Below, in pieces: positions 52,685-64,000 of a stretch of DNA of 64,000 nt. Below the pieces are notes generated by a model. That model saw only the letters and a list, made by a program, of their open reading frames with translations. It made no database searches and had not been told where the DNA came from. Within the stretch, counting starts at the first letter, position 1; the number at the start of each line of letters is the position of its first letter. The stretch is from Octopus vulgaris (Eukaryota): contig OX597828.1 in assembly GCA_951406725.2 (NCBI GenBank), positions 5,952,001 to 6,016,000 on the forward strand. The letters are read 5' to 3'. The translations under genes and the position numbers were made by a program.

Positions 52685-54085
52685 ATATATATTTATATAT
52701 GAATATTCATCGTTAGAAAATTTTCAGTTTTTGCTTTCTCTCTGTTTATATGTATACATGAATATATATATTGTATTTCGGACGTATACGATTTTGTTTG
52801 TTTATTTGCATCATTGTGTCTATGTAAACAAATATGCACAAATAAAGTGTTTTACATATACAGGTGTGTGTGTGTGTGTGATGTGTATATATGTGAACGC
52901 TAGTGTGTGAATGTATGTGCATATAAGTGTGCAAACGAGGGTGCGTGTGGTTTATATTTGTTTGTGTGTGGTTTCTATGCATTTGTGTCGGTTGTGAACG
53001 CGAGAGTATTTTTACTTTTTGTAAAATATTATATTACATACAGTCACATATAAAATAGAATATTTGCTCCGAATATGTCGCCCCGTCGAGGCCCGGATTT
53101 TCCTGTTCTTTCCTTTCACCTATATGAAATTTATTGTGAAACCAAATTTTGAGTATCACTAATACATGCACAACGTGTTTAGCTTTTACGTGGAGATTAT
53201 GGCAGAGAGATCGTATTCGATTGGCTCACTTGATGATTGGATCGATATGTTCCATATATATATGCATGTGCGTTTATGAATATATCTGTATATGTATGTG
53301 TGTATATAAGTATGTATTTATGTATGCTTGCTTGTGTGCAAGTACATGTAGCCTTACATGCATAAACCTAGTGAGTAATGATCATAACCATTCCAAGACT
53401 GGTTATTCTCCGAAGCTGTTCAAGATTAATTCATTCATTCCACAGAGAGAGAGAGGAACGGCTTAATGCAGAATAATGTCTCTTTTTCAGAATTAGCCAT
53501 CATTTGCAACGAAATAAAAGTAAGCACAATGCTCACTCTTTTCTTGTTTAGTAGCTAGGCCTCTTCTTTTTTCTCTGCTGAAGTACATCTTTGGATGTTG
53601 CCATACATGGTGTTTTCTTCACACAAGATCAAAAGCTATCAAGATTGACAGGAAAAAGCTATGCGAAGTATTCCTCGATATCCTGCTTTTTGTAAATAAG
53701 GCATCAACATCGAAGAGTCGAATCGTAACGGCCAAGAATGTCACTAAAATAACTTCCACAAGATGTTTCTTGGAAGTTACTGAGATGCCCTAAACATCAT
53801 ACACAAAAATATACTGAATAGCAGGTCAACAGGTGTAATACATTTCTCACGAACAGGACCACCGGCGATATGCAGCAACTGGACGCTAGCTACGGAAGAA
53901 GCGTAGAGCACGGAGATCACGTGATCTGGCAGTTTTGATGCCGATGCCATACGATTTCCGTCCGCTACGCGATACGTCTATGGTCTTAGCACCGTACGTC
54001 CATATTACGGGTCCTCTCATCAAGGATACCATAGCATTCAGCGTTTTGATAATACGTGCTGGTAATGTAGGATCTAAAGTTCGGC

Positions 54086-54140
<55 letters not shown>

Positions 54141-56212
54141 TGATGCATATGTTTCTGATAGTCTGTGTCTGTACACAAACAGACAGACAGGCAGACAGAT
54201 ACACACACACACACACATACATGGAGCAAACGATTTACATATAACTATTTTCCCAGTTAGCGTTAGCTGGATTCTCTTAAATGCTTATTTATGCTCTTTA
54301 TTTTCCCGAAAGCAGGCTTAATATCAAATTGTCACTTTGACATGAAGTTACTTAGTTCACTGTTTAAAAGACTTTGGCACATTCCTTTTTCATTTTGTTT
54401 GTCTTAACAAATAACAATTACTTTATGCGTCAAGTATTTGTCGCACCAAATTTTTCGTATATCCATTATATTTGTTGTCTGCCTCTCTTGTTGTCAAAAT
54501 ATTTACGCACTGTCCTATCTTCACTACATCATTCTCAATCAGAATTTGCTATAAATTCATGGAAAAACCGACGCCAGAAGAGAGTATTATCAGTTGGTGT
54601 CTTTCATTCCTCAGCTGACATTTGGATGTGGGCGTTCATGTTTGTGAATTTTTGACTTTATATTCATACGTACGTGTTTGCATAGATATATGTCCAGTCA
54701 CAGAGACGCACAAACACAAACGAGGAAACTGATATCTTTGCGTGTATAGAAACAAAACTGGATAAAAATTTAAAGAAAATTTGTGCTATAGAAAGTGAGA
54801 AAATGTAGGATTGACTTATTAAAGGTTTCCTTAATTTTTAGGTAAATACTTAAAATGATGTTCGCCGAAGTATGCTGCACCAGAAACATACAAGAGCTGA
54901 ACGAGTCTGTCAAATTTTTCATATCACTCAGAGGAAAACTAATCACAAGAATGCAAACTTATATTTCAACTTAAAATTTAAATTTTAAAACGCCAGGTTT
55001 AACGGAGTGCTATATAAAGTTTATTCCAGTACTTTTGGAAAATAATGGTGAAACGTTATGGTTAATAGAACCAAGTAAATTCATAGTTTTTACAGCATTG
55101 TAATCAACATAGTTCTGCCAAAAATAAATTTCTCGTTTACAAGGGTAATCGGAAATATATTTATCACCTACATTCAGTCAAATTTGCATGTATATTATAC
55201 TCTCTTCATGCTGCTAGAATTGCAGTCTTCTTGATAAATACTTTATCATATTACATGTTGATATAAGGTTATATAAATACTTGTCTAGTTTTAAAATTTA
55301 CAAGAAAGATTTTTTAAGTAAAATAACAAATTTTATTTGGCGTACTATTTTAGGTAATATCATTGTGTTTATATTCACATTCCTCAACGTATTAGCAAGT
55401 ATTAAGAATGTCCACAGTTTATAATACTTCAATCGAATGCTTCTGCATTACTCTCTTGCATGAAACTCATTAGGGTATCAAAAATATATGTATCATTTTC
55501 ATGTCATTATTTACAAGTATTTCATAGATTTCTGAAGCTCCAATTGCTTTCAATGAAAGTCATTTTAAAGAATTCTGATCTTAGTTACAAATAGAGCACA
55601 TTGTTAAGCGCGTACAATTGTTTCTTTTCTCTCGTTTTCAGAAGTACGAATAATCGTTAGATTTATTAACTATGTGAAGTGCGTTGGATTAATATATAGT
55701 TTAATGTAACACGTGTGCCACATTTCAAATTTAAGGACATTTTGGGGATAAACTGTGTATCCATGTGTCGATTCCATTTTAATTGTTTGGCTGTCATACG
55801 ATGTCAGCAGATTGACTAAATATAGATTACTGTATGTAAGCAGGTTGCCTGTCACACTGACCGCCTATATCATTATTGACACAGGTTTAACACTATTTGC
55901 AACATAAAAGTTTTGTAAATTTAAATTTATGTAATAATAAGGTTTATTTCATCCTCTCGTATTAATGTGAACGATGGCATTTGAGTGCTTGCTTTCACAA
56001 TACTTGAAGATAACATTTCTTTTATATAACGTAATTTTTAAATAAATTTAGAATTATCAATACGAAATTCGGATGGGAATTTGCGTTAACGATTGTGTAT
56101 GATACCGATGGTTGTTCGTCTGGGGTAAAACCTTAATCTTCATTGAATATGTGCACATCACTGACTGATGTTTGATAGATGTGTTCTGGTGTATATGTAT
56201 CTATATATGTAT

Positions 56213-56265
<53 letters not shown>

Positions 56266-56266
<1 letters not shown>

Positions 56267-56535
56267 CCGAACAGCTAGGTTACGCGGATGTAAACACACC
56301 CGTATCTGTTGTCATGGGAGGGGACTAACACAGGCAGGCAAACATATATACAAACATACATACATAATACATACATAATACATATATATATATATACGAC
56401 GGGCTTCTTTCAGTTTCCATCTACCAAATCCACTCACAAGGCTTTGGTCGGTCCGAGGCTACAGCAGAGGGCACATGCCCAAGCTTCCACGCAGTGAGAT
56501 TGAACTCGAAACCATGAGGTTGGTAAGTAAGCTAC
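56266..56535 (-). mobile_element. SINE family B, partial
   Basis: tgccgaacagctaggttacg...acgacgggcttctttcagtttccatctaccaaatccactcacaaggctttggtcgg...ggttggtaagtaagctac. Confidence 0.85.
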
Positions 56536-57133
56536 GTTCGATTCAATGTTTTATTGTATGCACAAAAATATACAGAATGATGAATAATACAGCTATGATG
56601 AAGGCTGAATTTTAAAATAGTCAAAAGAAAGGAGATATTAAACAAATGTTTGGGCAAAACGAGACAAAGTGAAATAAGAAAGGGTTAAACAAGAGAAAAG
56701 TAATACAGAATGATATATGAACAAAAACAAGGATTTATGCAATAAAAAGAATACCTATTATCTAAAACGAGAAGAAATAATTGGTTAAAAAACGTAAGAG
56801 CTTCTGAAACTGAGAAATAAAACATGGTTTAAATAAATATCATTAGTGGAATGGAAAAAATTATGATCAGGGCAAAGAAAAAAAAAGATATACCTATTAT
56901 TTTGAACAGAAAAATATAACGGAATATTGGTGGGGGGAATTAATGCATTTAAGCATCTTTACATGCTTCTTACCACCCCATGTTTAGAATCCACTTTCAC
57001 TACTCCATGGAAGTAGCCATACAGGAATTTATGTAAATATATTTCATACATACACCACACACACACACATATATATGTATACACATATGTGTGTACGCAA
57101 ATATATATATATATTATATATTATATATATATA

Positions 57134-57181
<48 letters not shown>

Positions 57182-57335
57182 GCACACACGGCTATTTATT
57201 CTTTAGCTAATACACACTGAAGCATAAATAGTTTTGCGTATCACAGTATATCTGTTTGATGATGTTTTTTTTTTATTTTCGATAGCTTACATATGTAAAT
57301 ATGTAACTACAGATGTGAGTTAACTCTCATATGAT

Positions 57336-57385
<50 letters not shown>

Positions 57386-58388
57386 TATGTGTGTGTATGT
57401 ATACGATATACACACACGCACACACATATAAATACGTGTATGTGTCTACTTATCTATCTATCTCTGTATATATATATATATGTATATATCTGATATATAG
57501 ATATATAGATGGACATATGCATATTTTTTCACATGTATGTTTCTTTCATTGTATATATGTATCTAAGTATGATAAAATATAAATTCCAAGCAAACCTAAC
57601 ATTTACATGTTTTGTGCGAGCATCTGTGATTTAGTCGCTATGTAAATTCCTCTGAGACTACACATATATTCGTATAGTTGTATATATTTCAGAACTTTAT
57701 GCATGAATTTGTGTATGCATGTGTTGTGTCGTAGAGGGTGTGTCGGGCTTGATAAATGCAGGCAATGATGTAATGACTGTTATTAACCTTCATTAGCAAT
57801 ATGCCAGCTCTCGTTAAAGTGGTAAGCATTGCTGTAATATAATAATGACGACAATGAGGCGCTAACATTTATTTTCCATACTGGACGATCAGAGAGCATA
57901 GAGAAACAAAACATCGAAATGCATGACATGAATGCATACATACACACACATACACATATATACATACAATCATATATACATATATAAATACGCACGAACC
58001 CACGCACAGATATATACATAAAAGAAAATTATACAGAAAAAGATTTCATAAACATGCAGACAGATAGAAAAATAGATAGATATTCAATATAACGATTTAC
58101 AAATCGGCATTACGCAATTATTATTATTTCCATATGTGACCATGGTTTTCCCGAACCGAAACAATTATATGCATTCGATCATGTCGTCATATGTACACGT
58201 ACGAACAGTAACATTCACACATGCAGTAACATGTATACATGCACAAATTCACAGACATACACACATCAGCGTAATTCCATGTAAACATTTTTTCATGTAA
58301 CGTGTCGTAGATCCTTGAGTCAATATATATATTTATATGCGTGTATCTGAGTGTGTTGGGGTGTGTGCACATGCATTTATGTATGTCA

Positions 58389-58439
<51 letters not shown>

Positions 58440-58634
58440 TATCATAAATAGGTAATTGAATAGCCCGTTGAGTATTGCGTGAACAGGCCGCTGCTTTCCG
58501 ACATTATTATGCGAAATGTTGGATGCTCCACTCTGTACTGCGATGTCACTCTACTCCTTTTGTTACATTTTGCATTTTAGCGTAGATCTTGCCAACGTAG
58601 AAAATGACCATCCACATTGTATTCTCGTATATCT

Positions 58635-59016
58635 CATTTTATCTTTTATTTCTTTCAGTCTTTAGACCGCGGCCATGCTGGGGCATCATCAGTAAAGAGT
58701 TTTAGTCGGATGCATTGACTCCATTACATTTTCTGTTTAAGCCACGAATTTATGCATTCGGTTTCTTATGGAACTGCTAATGTACGGGAACGTAAAGACA
58801 CCATCAACCGTTATCAAACGATGGTGGACAAAGAGAGACACAAAGACACACACGCGCGCACACATATATACATACGACCGGCTTCTTTCAGTTTCTGTCT
58901 GCGAAATCTACTCACAAGGCTTTGTTCAGCCCAAGGCTATTGTAGTACACAGTTGTCCAAGGTGCGACGCATTGGGACTTTATCCTTGTGGATGGCAAAC
59001 TATACCACGCAGCCAC
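58635..59016 (-). mobile_element. SINE family B, diverged full-length copy
   Basis: tttcagtc..gaccgcggccatgctggggca...cgtaaagacacc...ggcttctttcagtttctgtct..ctcacaaggcttt...accacgcagccac. Confidence 0.8.
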
Positions 59017-59091
59017 ATATATATAGGGCTTACTATTGGTCTTGACTGTGATCATGTCCCATTGTACATTCGTAACATATTGTCTTTTAAA

Positions 59092-59304
59092 GGCGGCGAG
59101 CTGGCAGAAATGTTAGCAAGTAGGGCGAATTGCTTAGCGGTATTTCGTCTGTCTTTACGTTCTGAGTTCAAATTCCGCCGATGTCGACTTCTGTATTTCA
59201 TCCTTTCAGTGTCGATAAATTAAGTACCAGTGGCGTACTGGGGTCGATCTAATCGACTGGTCCCCTCTCCTAAAATTTCGGTCTTTGTGTCTAGAGTAGA
59301 AAAG
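59092..59304 (+). mobile_element. SINE family A monomer with tail type 2, 18-bp target-site duplication
   Basis: TSD AACATATTGTCTTTTAAA at 59074-59091 and 59305-59322; tail tggtcccctctcctaaaatttcgg..ctagagtagaaaag. Confidence 0.95.
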
Positions 59305-59830
59305 AACATATTGTCTTTTAAAAATTATGCCCTAATTTACAGATTTGTTTTACTCCTGTAACTAAAAATAGTTCTCGAATATGTAGTTTTTTTTACTGAT
59401 TTAAAAAAAAAAAATATCATTGTATATTTTCCAACATACTTTATTGATGTTTGAAAAAGAAATTTAATTTAGTGCAACATTTTCTTCTTAATGATATCAT
59501 TGCATTTTTCGATTCCGAACTTATACTAGTGAATATACCATTATTGTATTATATTTTGAAGTAAGTCAATATATTAAAATATATTCTTATGCATAATGTA
59601 CAGCAGATATTTTTTTGTAATTTTACCCAGATAGCTTGTGTATTGAAATTATTTTCCTATCATAAATCCATTAGTAATTTCCGAGTCTTTCACATCTTTC
59701 GAAAGTACAGATTATATCTAAAGAAATGCCAATGGGTCTTATGCAATACTATACCAATGAATTTTCATAAACACTCTCGTGTTTATTTATCGACGTCAAT
59801 AAATAGATACATACACTAGACATGTCTTAA

Positions 59831-60065
59831 TATTGGGTTGTCCGGAAAGTTCGTGCCGATTTATAGCAGCTAACATTTCGACTTACTTTAGAACATGGTT
59901 GTATCCATAAAATGCGATTTGATTCACATCCATTTAGAGCACAGTTTTAGCTATCTTTTCGTGGAAGCAGGTTTATGCTCCTATAACATGTGTTAATTCT
60001 GTAATCCTTTAAAATGGAAGATAAGAAAGTTCATTTTCAGGACTTGGTGCTTTGGCAATTTCTCC
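59831..60065 (+). mobile_element. mariner-type transposon left end
   Basis: TA followed by TTGGGTTGTCCGGAAAGTTCGTGCCGATTT (mariner-like TIR); ATG at ~60014 gives MEDKKVHF, like mariner transposase N-termini. Confidence 0.55.
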
Positions 60066-60899
60066 TGGCATCCAAAGAAACACAAGTGCCTGAAACTCTC
60101 GGTGTTGTTACAGTATGAAACATAACCTACGGATTTCCTTTTACTGATGAAGATCCTTGAAATTTTCTACGATTCTCCTATCTTACTATATATAAAATAT
60201 GTCTTCTTCCGTGCAAATCAAGCTTTAGAAGAAAAGTTTCTAGCAGTTAAATAAATGCAAACAGAAATTGTTTCCTAGGAAATATTCTGGAAATGATTTA
60301 AACATTTGCTTCTCAATATTCTCCCAGTATCATTATTTTACTATTACTTAAGGTTATCTGGACCTGCCCAGGTTGACAATTTAACTTGAAACAGGAAAAT
60401 AGTTTTCAAGTATATTACAATAGTCGAAGCACGATCTTCAGCCTGAGATTACGAAGCCTGAAATATTTCATTATAGACGTCTTATAGGAAATTGTACAAA
60501 ACTCATAATTGTATGGCAACGTAGAACGTTTTAAACAAGGAGAAACCATGAGTGAATATGTGCTACTTTCCAACCAATCAAAATCGCGCATAAATATCTC
60601 TGTTTAGGTCTATGTCTATAACAATAGGCAGGAAAAATAGCTTCTCTGTCCTTCACAGAGTAACATAATTTACATCGGTTGCGGGAAGTACGTCGACAGA
60701 TATAAAGATTTAGGTTTTCCTATCAATAAGTATACTTTTTTAGTGATATATTGACATATGAGGTCTAAATAGCTTATATGGGTGTCTGCTTTCTGTTTAA
60801 TTTCACATGACCACTTCATAGAATATGTTTGTATGTGTGGGTTCATATATCTATATACATAGACTTATATTCACATGTATGTATTTATGTATATAAATT

Positions 60900-60925
60900 T
60901 ATATCTATCTGTCTATATCGATATC

Positions 60926-60969
<44 letters not shown>

Positions 60970-60986
60970 CACACACACACATATAT

Positions 60987-61079
<93 letters not shown>

Positions 61080-61080
61080 A
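60900..61080. repeat. (TA)n compound microsatellite
   Basis: Direct reading; a similar tract lies at 61325-61480. Confidence 0.95.
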
Positions 61081-61332
61081 GCACGCACACATATGAAATG
61101 AAATCAATATGTAAGTTTATACACGTCTCTATCTTCATGTATGAGATTATTCATCTCTATTCACCGTTGCAATTTAATGTATGCATGTACAATGTGTTTT
61201 CTATCTTAGTATATGAATGTCTGTATGTATACATTTTCTTTATATTTACACTTCTTTTAAGCTGGTAATATTCAAACATTCTCATATACATGGAAAACAG
61301 ACACACACGTACGTGTGTGTGTATCTATATAT

Positions 61333-61438
<106 letters not shown>

Positions 61439-62799
61439 TTGTAATACATATAGCGAGAGAGAGAGAGAAGAGAGAGAATGAGAGAAGGAAGACAGTCCGT
61501 AAATGATAGAGAGATGTATACTGTTCGGCGACGATAAAAAGACAGATCAAAGAAGAAAAGTAAAAAAGAACAGAATTTAAGAATTGAAAGCTTGTAAGAT
61601 TTCTTTTATTCCTTATTTTTACATTTCTAAACAAAAGCATTTAGCTTTGCATCCAAAGCACCAAATTACATTTATCAACTAGCTTTTATACTGAACAGAC
61701 ATTGTAAACTTCACCAAATAACAATCATTGCACACATATTGAAACGCACATACACATATTCACACGCACATATACACAACAACAGACCTGTATTTACACG
61801 CCTACACACACACACATATATATCCAAAAAAGAAAGACAAACACCGTTTCTAAATCGAATATTTGTTTGTAAACACAATCGATTGCTAATTTTACTGAGA
61901 AGCATTCGATAGATTTGAACAATAGCAAAACGTTCCAATCTTTCCAATACGTAATGATTACTCGAATTTTGTTCTGTTGCTTGCATTGTTCAAGTTCATG
62001 GAGTTTGCTTGTGAAAGAACTGTAAATAACTTTCGGCTTACATTTGAGTCTCGCTGAGTAAATTCTGGGGTCATTCAGTTAGCTTTTGTTTCTGTAATAT
62101 GTTGTACAAACATACAAACTAAGATTACTTGTTATTTTCTTGATGGGATTAACATGTTTTAGGATAATCATTTCGTTTGGTAAGAAGAAAGCAAATTTCT
62201 GTTGTTTCGTGAATGATTGTTTATCATTTCCTGTTTTTATCACTGCATCTAGGAAGAAAAGGCAACATCTATAACCTCTTTACTTTCTCAGAAACCCCAA
62301 GACTGGTAAAAGAAAAAGGAAGTAAAAAAAAAAAAAACTGGTAAGAATGTTTACAACAGAGTAAAGTCTACTTAAGTCGTATTTCGACTACGTATTGGAG
62401 CCAAATTGGGCGACGCGCAAGACTGCCATCCATGAACATAAGAACCGAAGAGCTGCAGCATGTACGGCAAGGCATCTATCGATTCGATCAAACTACCGCA
62501 ATGAACAAGAACTTTATATTTTCGACCCTGAAAGATGAACTGTTGATATAGAATTTGGACATAGCCACCAGAAAGCCGGATCGATTAACACTGGACATTT
62601 GTTCTATGCTTTAACAACTCAAACAAATTGACGCTATATCAATATACGGGAATTAGTTTTATCTTCGTCAGACACATGACGTATCAAATCAAAATTGTCA
62701 TCCGTATATACATAAGTATTATTTGCCCAATATACATCTCATAGGTTTTCTTTTGTAACTGTTTATAGTTTTATAATATTTCGGATATTCTATCCAATA

Positions 62800-63112
62800 A
62801 AAACGATAAGCCTCGCCCTTTTCAAGCCTAGCCAGGCTCATGGGCCCGGTTTCCCGGTTTCTGTGGCGTATGTGTTCCCCCCAGCTGGACGGGACGCCAG
62901 TCCATCGCAGCTTTAGTCAAGAAACAGGAAGAGAGAGTGAGAGAAAGTTGTGGCGAAAGAGTACAACAGGGGTCACCCCCACCTATCGGAGCCTAGTGGA
63001 GCTCTTTTAGGTGTTTTCGCTCAATAAACACACAACGCTCGGTCTCGGAATCGAAACCACGTTCCTCCGACCGCGAGTCCGCTGCCCTAACCACTGTGCC
63101 CTTGCGCCTCAA
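62800..63112 (-). mobile_element. tRNA-derived SINE family C, full-length
   Basis: Minus head gaggcgcaagggcacagtggttagggcagcggactcgcggtcg..ggtttcgattccgagacc; body motif ctgcgatggactggcgtcccgtccagc; candidate TSD TTCTATCCWATA at 62788-62799 and 63114-63125. Confidence 0.85.
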
Positions 63113-64000
63113 CTTCTATCCTATAGGTAGAACATAAATTTACTGTATGTACATTTGAAGCCCATTGATATAGGAGTTCGGAAAATTATCATCTAATTTG
63201 GATTTAAATCACGATAGCATTGAAATACAGAATTCAACACCTAATGAATTGGTTTTTGTGTTTTGATGTTTGTTCTGGTTTTCATGAAATGCAAAAGAAA
63301 TTAAAGAAACGAAAAGGAAATGGACTTTCGTCTAAATATATTTTGATATTCAGTATCTCACCCCTATTTTCTGTTTAGACTTATAATAAATATACACTCT
63401 AACAACGAAATATTTCTCTTAACTACACCCCATGTATATTACAAATATTTTGTGCATTATATATTTCACTAAAATTAAGTATATGCGAACACATTTTGAA
63501 CCAGGAATTCTACTCCAAAATTTGCTGTCCAAAATAATCAATATATTATAATAGACTATATGAAGAAAAGTAACAGTAGTAAGTTTGCGATGGAATGTAA
63601 TTGCTTTTAATGTATGGAGAATTAAAACCTAACGAAAAGAAATTACCGCATGTTTGAGTGTTTGATTGCGCGATTGACGTGAAGAGTACGAAAGAACCAT
63701 GTTACAAATATGTTGTTCTAATATCTAATTTAGGAAAGTTTTAAAAAGTTGACATTGTCGTTTATTTCAAAGAGAAATTAAACAATAAACAAACTAACAC
63801 TAATTACAAAGAAAAACATGCAATGTCAGCTTAAGCAGAAGTAAACAGCAACGTAAAGTAAGATGCCATAGAAACAAATGTAATGTTAAAGCGTAACACA
63901 CGAAAGATCAAAAGAAAACATTGACACTCATCGAATTAGAATCATTAGAAAACAATGGTGGAACATTTTTTTTCAAATCAGCAAACTTAGAAAACAGGAG

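Noticed and set aside
62380-62520. GIY-YIG-like peptide (KTAIHEHK)
   Set aside because: Only one short motif; the GIY/YIG residues are not recoverable.

Overview
AT-rich, repeat-saturated animal genomic DNA. It looks intronic or intergenic: I found no supportable host protein-coding gene, rRNA, true tRNA or CRISPR array. The dense (TA)n/(CA)n/(GATA)n/(AAT)n tracts and the tRNA-derived SINE families resemble octopus (coleoid cephalopod) DNA; this is inferred from recalled repeats, not from a search. Almost all ORFs in the supplied track are microsatellite artefacts. Real content: (1) four or five SINE families, including a dimer and copies with clear target-site duplications; (2) an internally deleted Tx1-like LINE (32831-35756, minus) whose ORF1 runs in-frame into the C-terminus of ORF2 and which sits inside a (GATA)n tract; (3) a decayed Naiad-type Penelope-like reverse transcriptase between ~350-bp inverted repeats (13709-16112); (4) RTE, CR1-like, R4/Dong-like, Hero-like, hAT and Tc1/mariner fossils; (5) about ten short non-coding elements with minimal hammerhead-ribozyme-like motifs (CTGAnGA..GAAAC), several as long inverted repeats, probably non-autonomous Penelope/retrozyme-like elements. 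Family names come from motif recognition by eye. Boundaries of degenerate elements are approximate.
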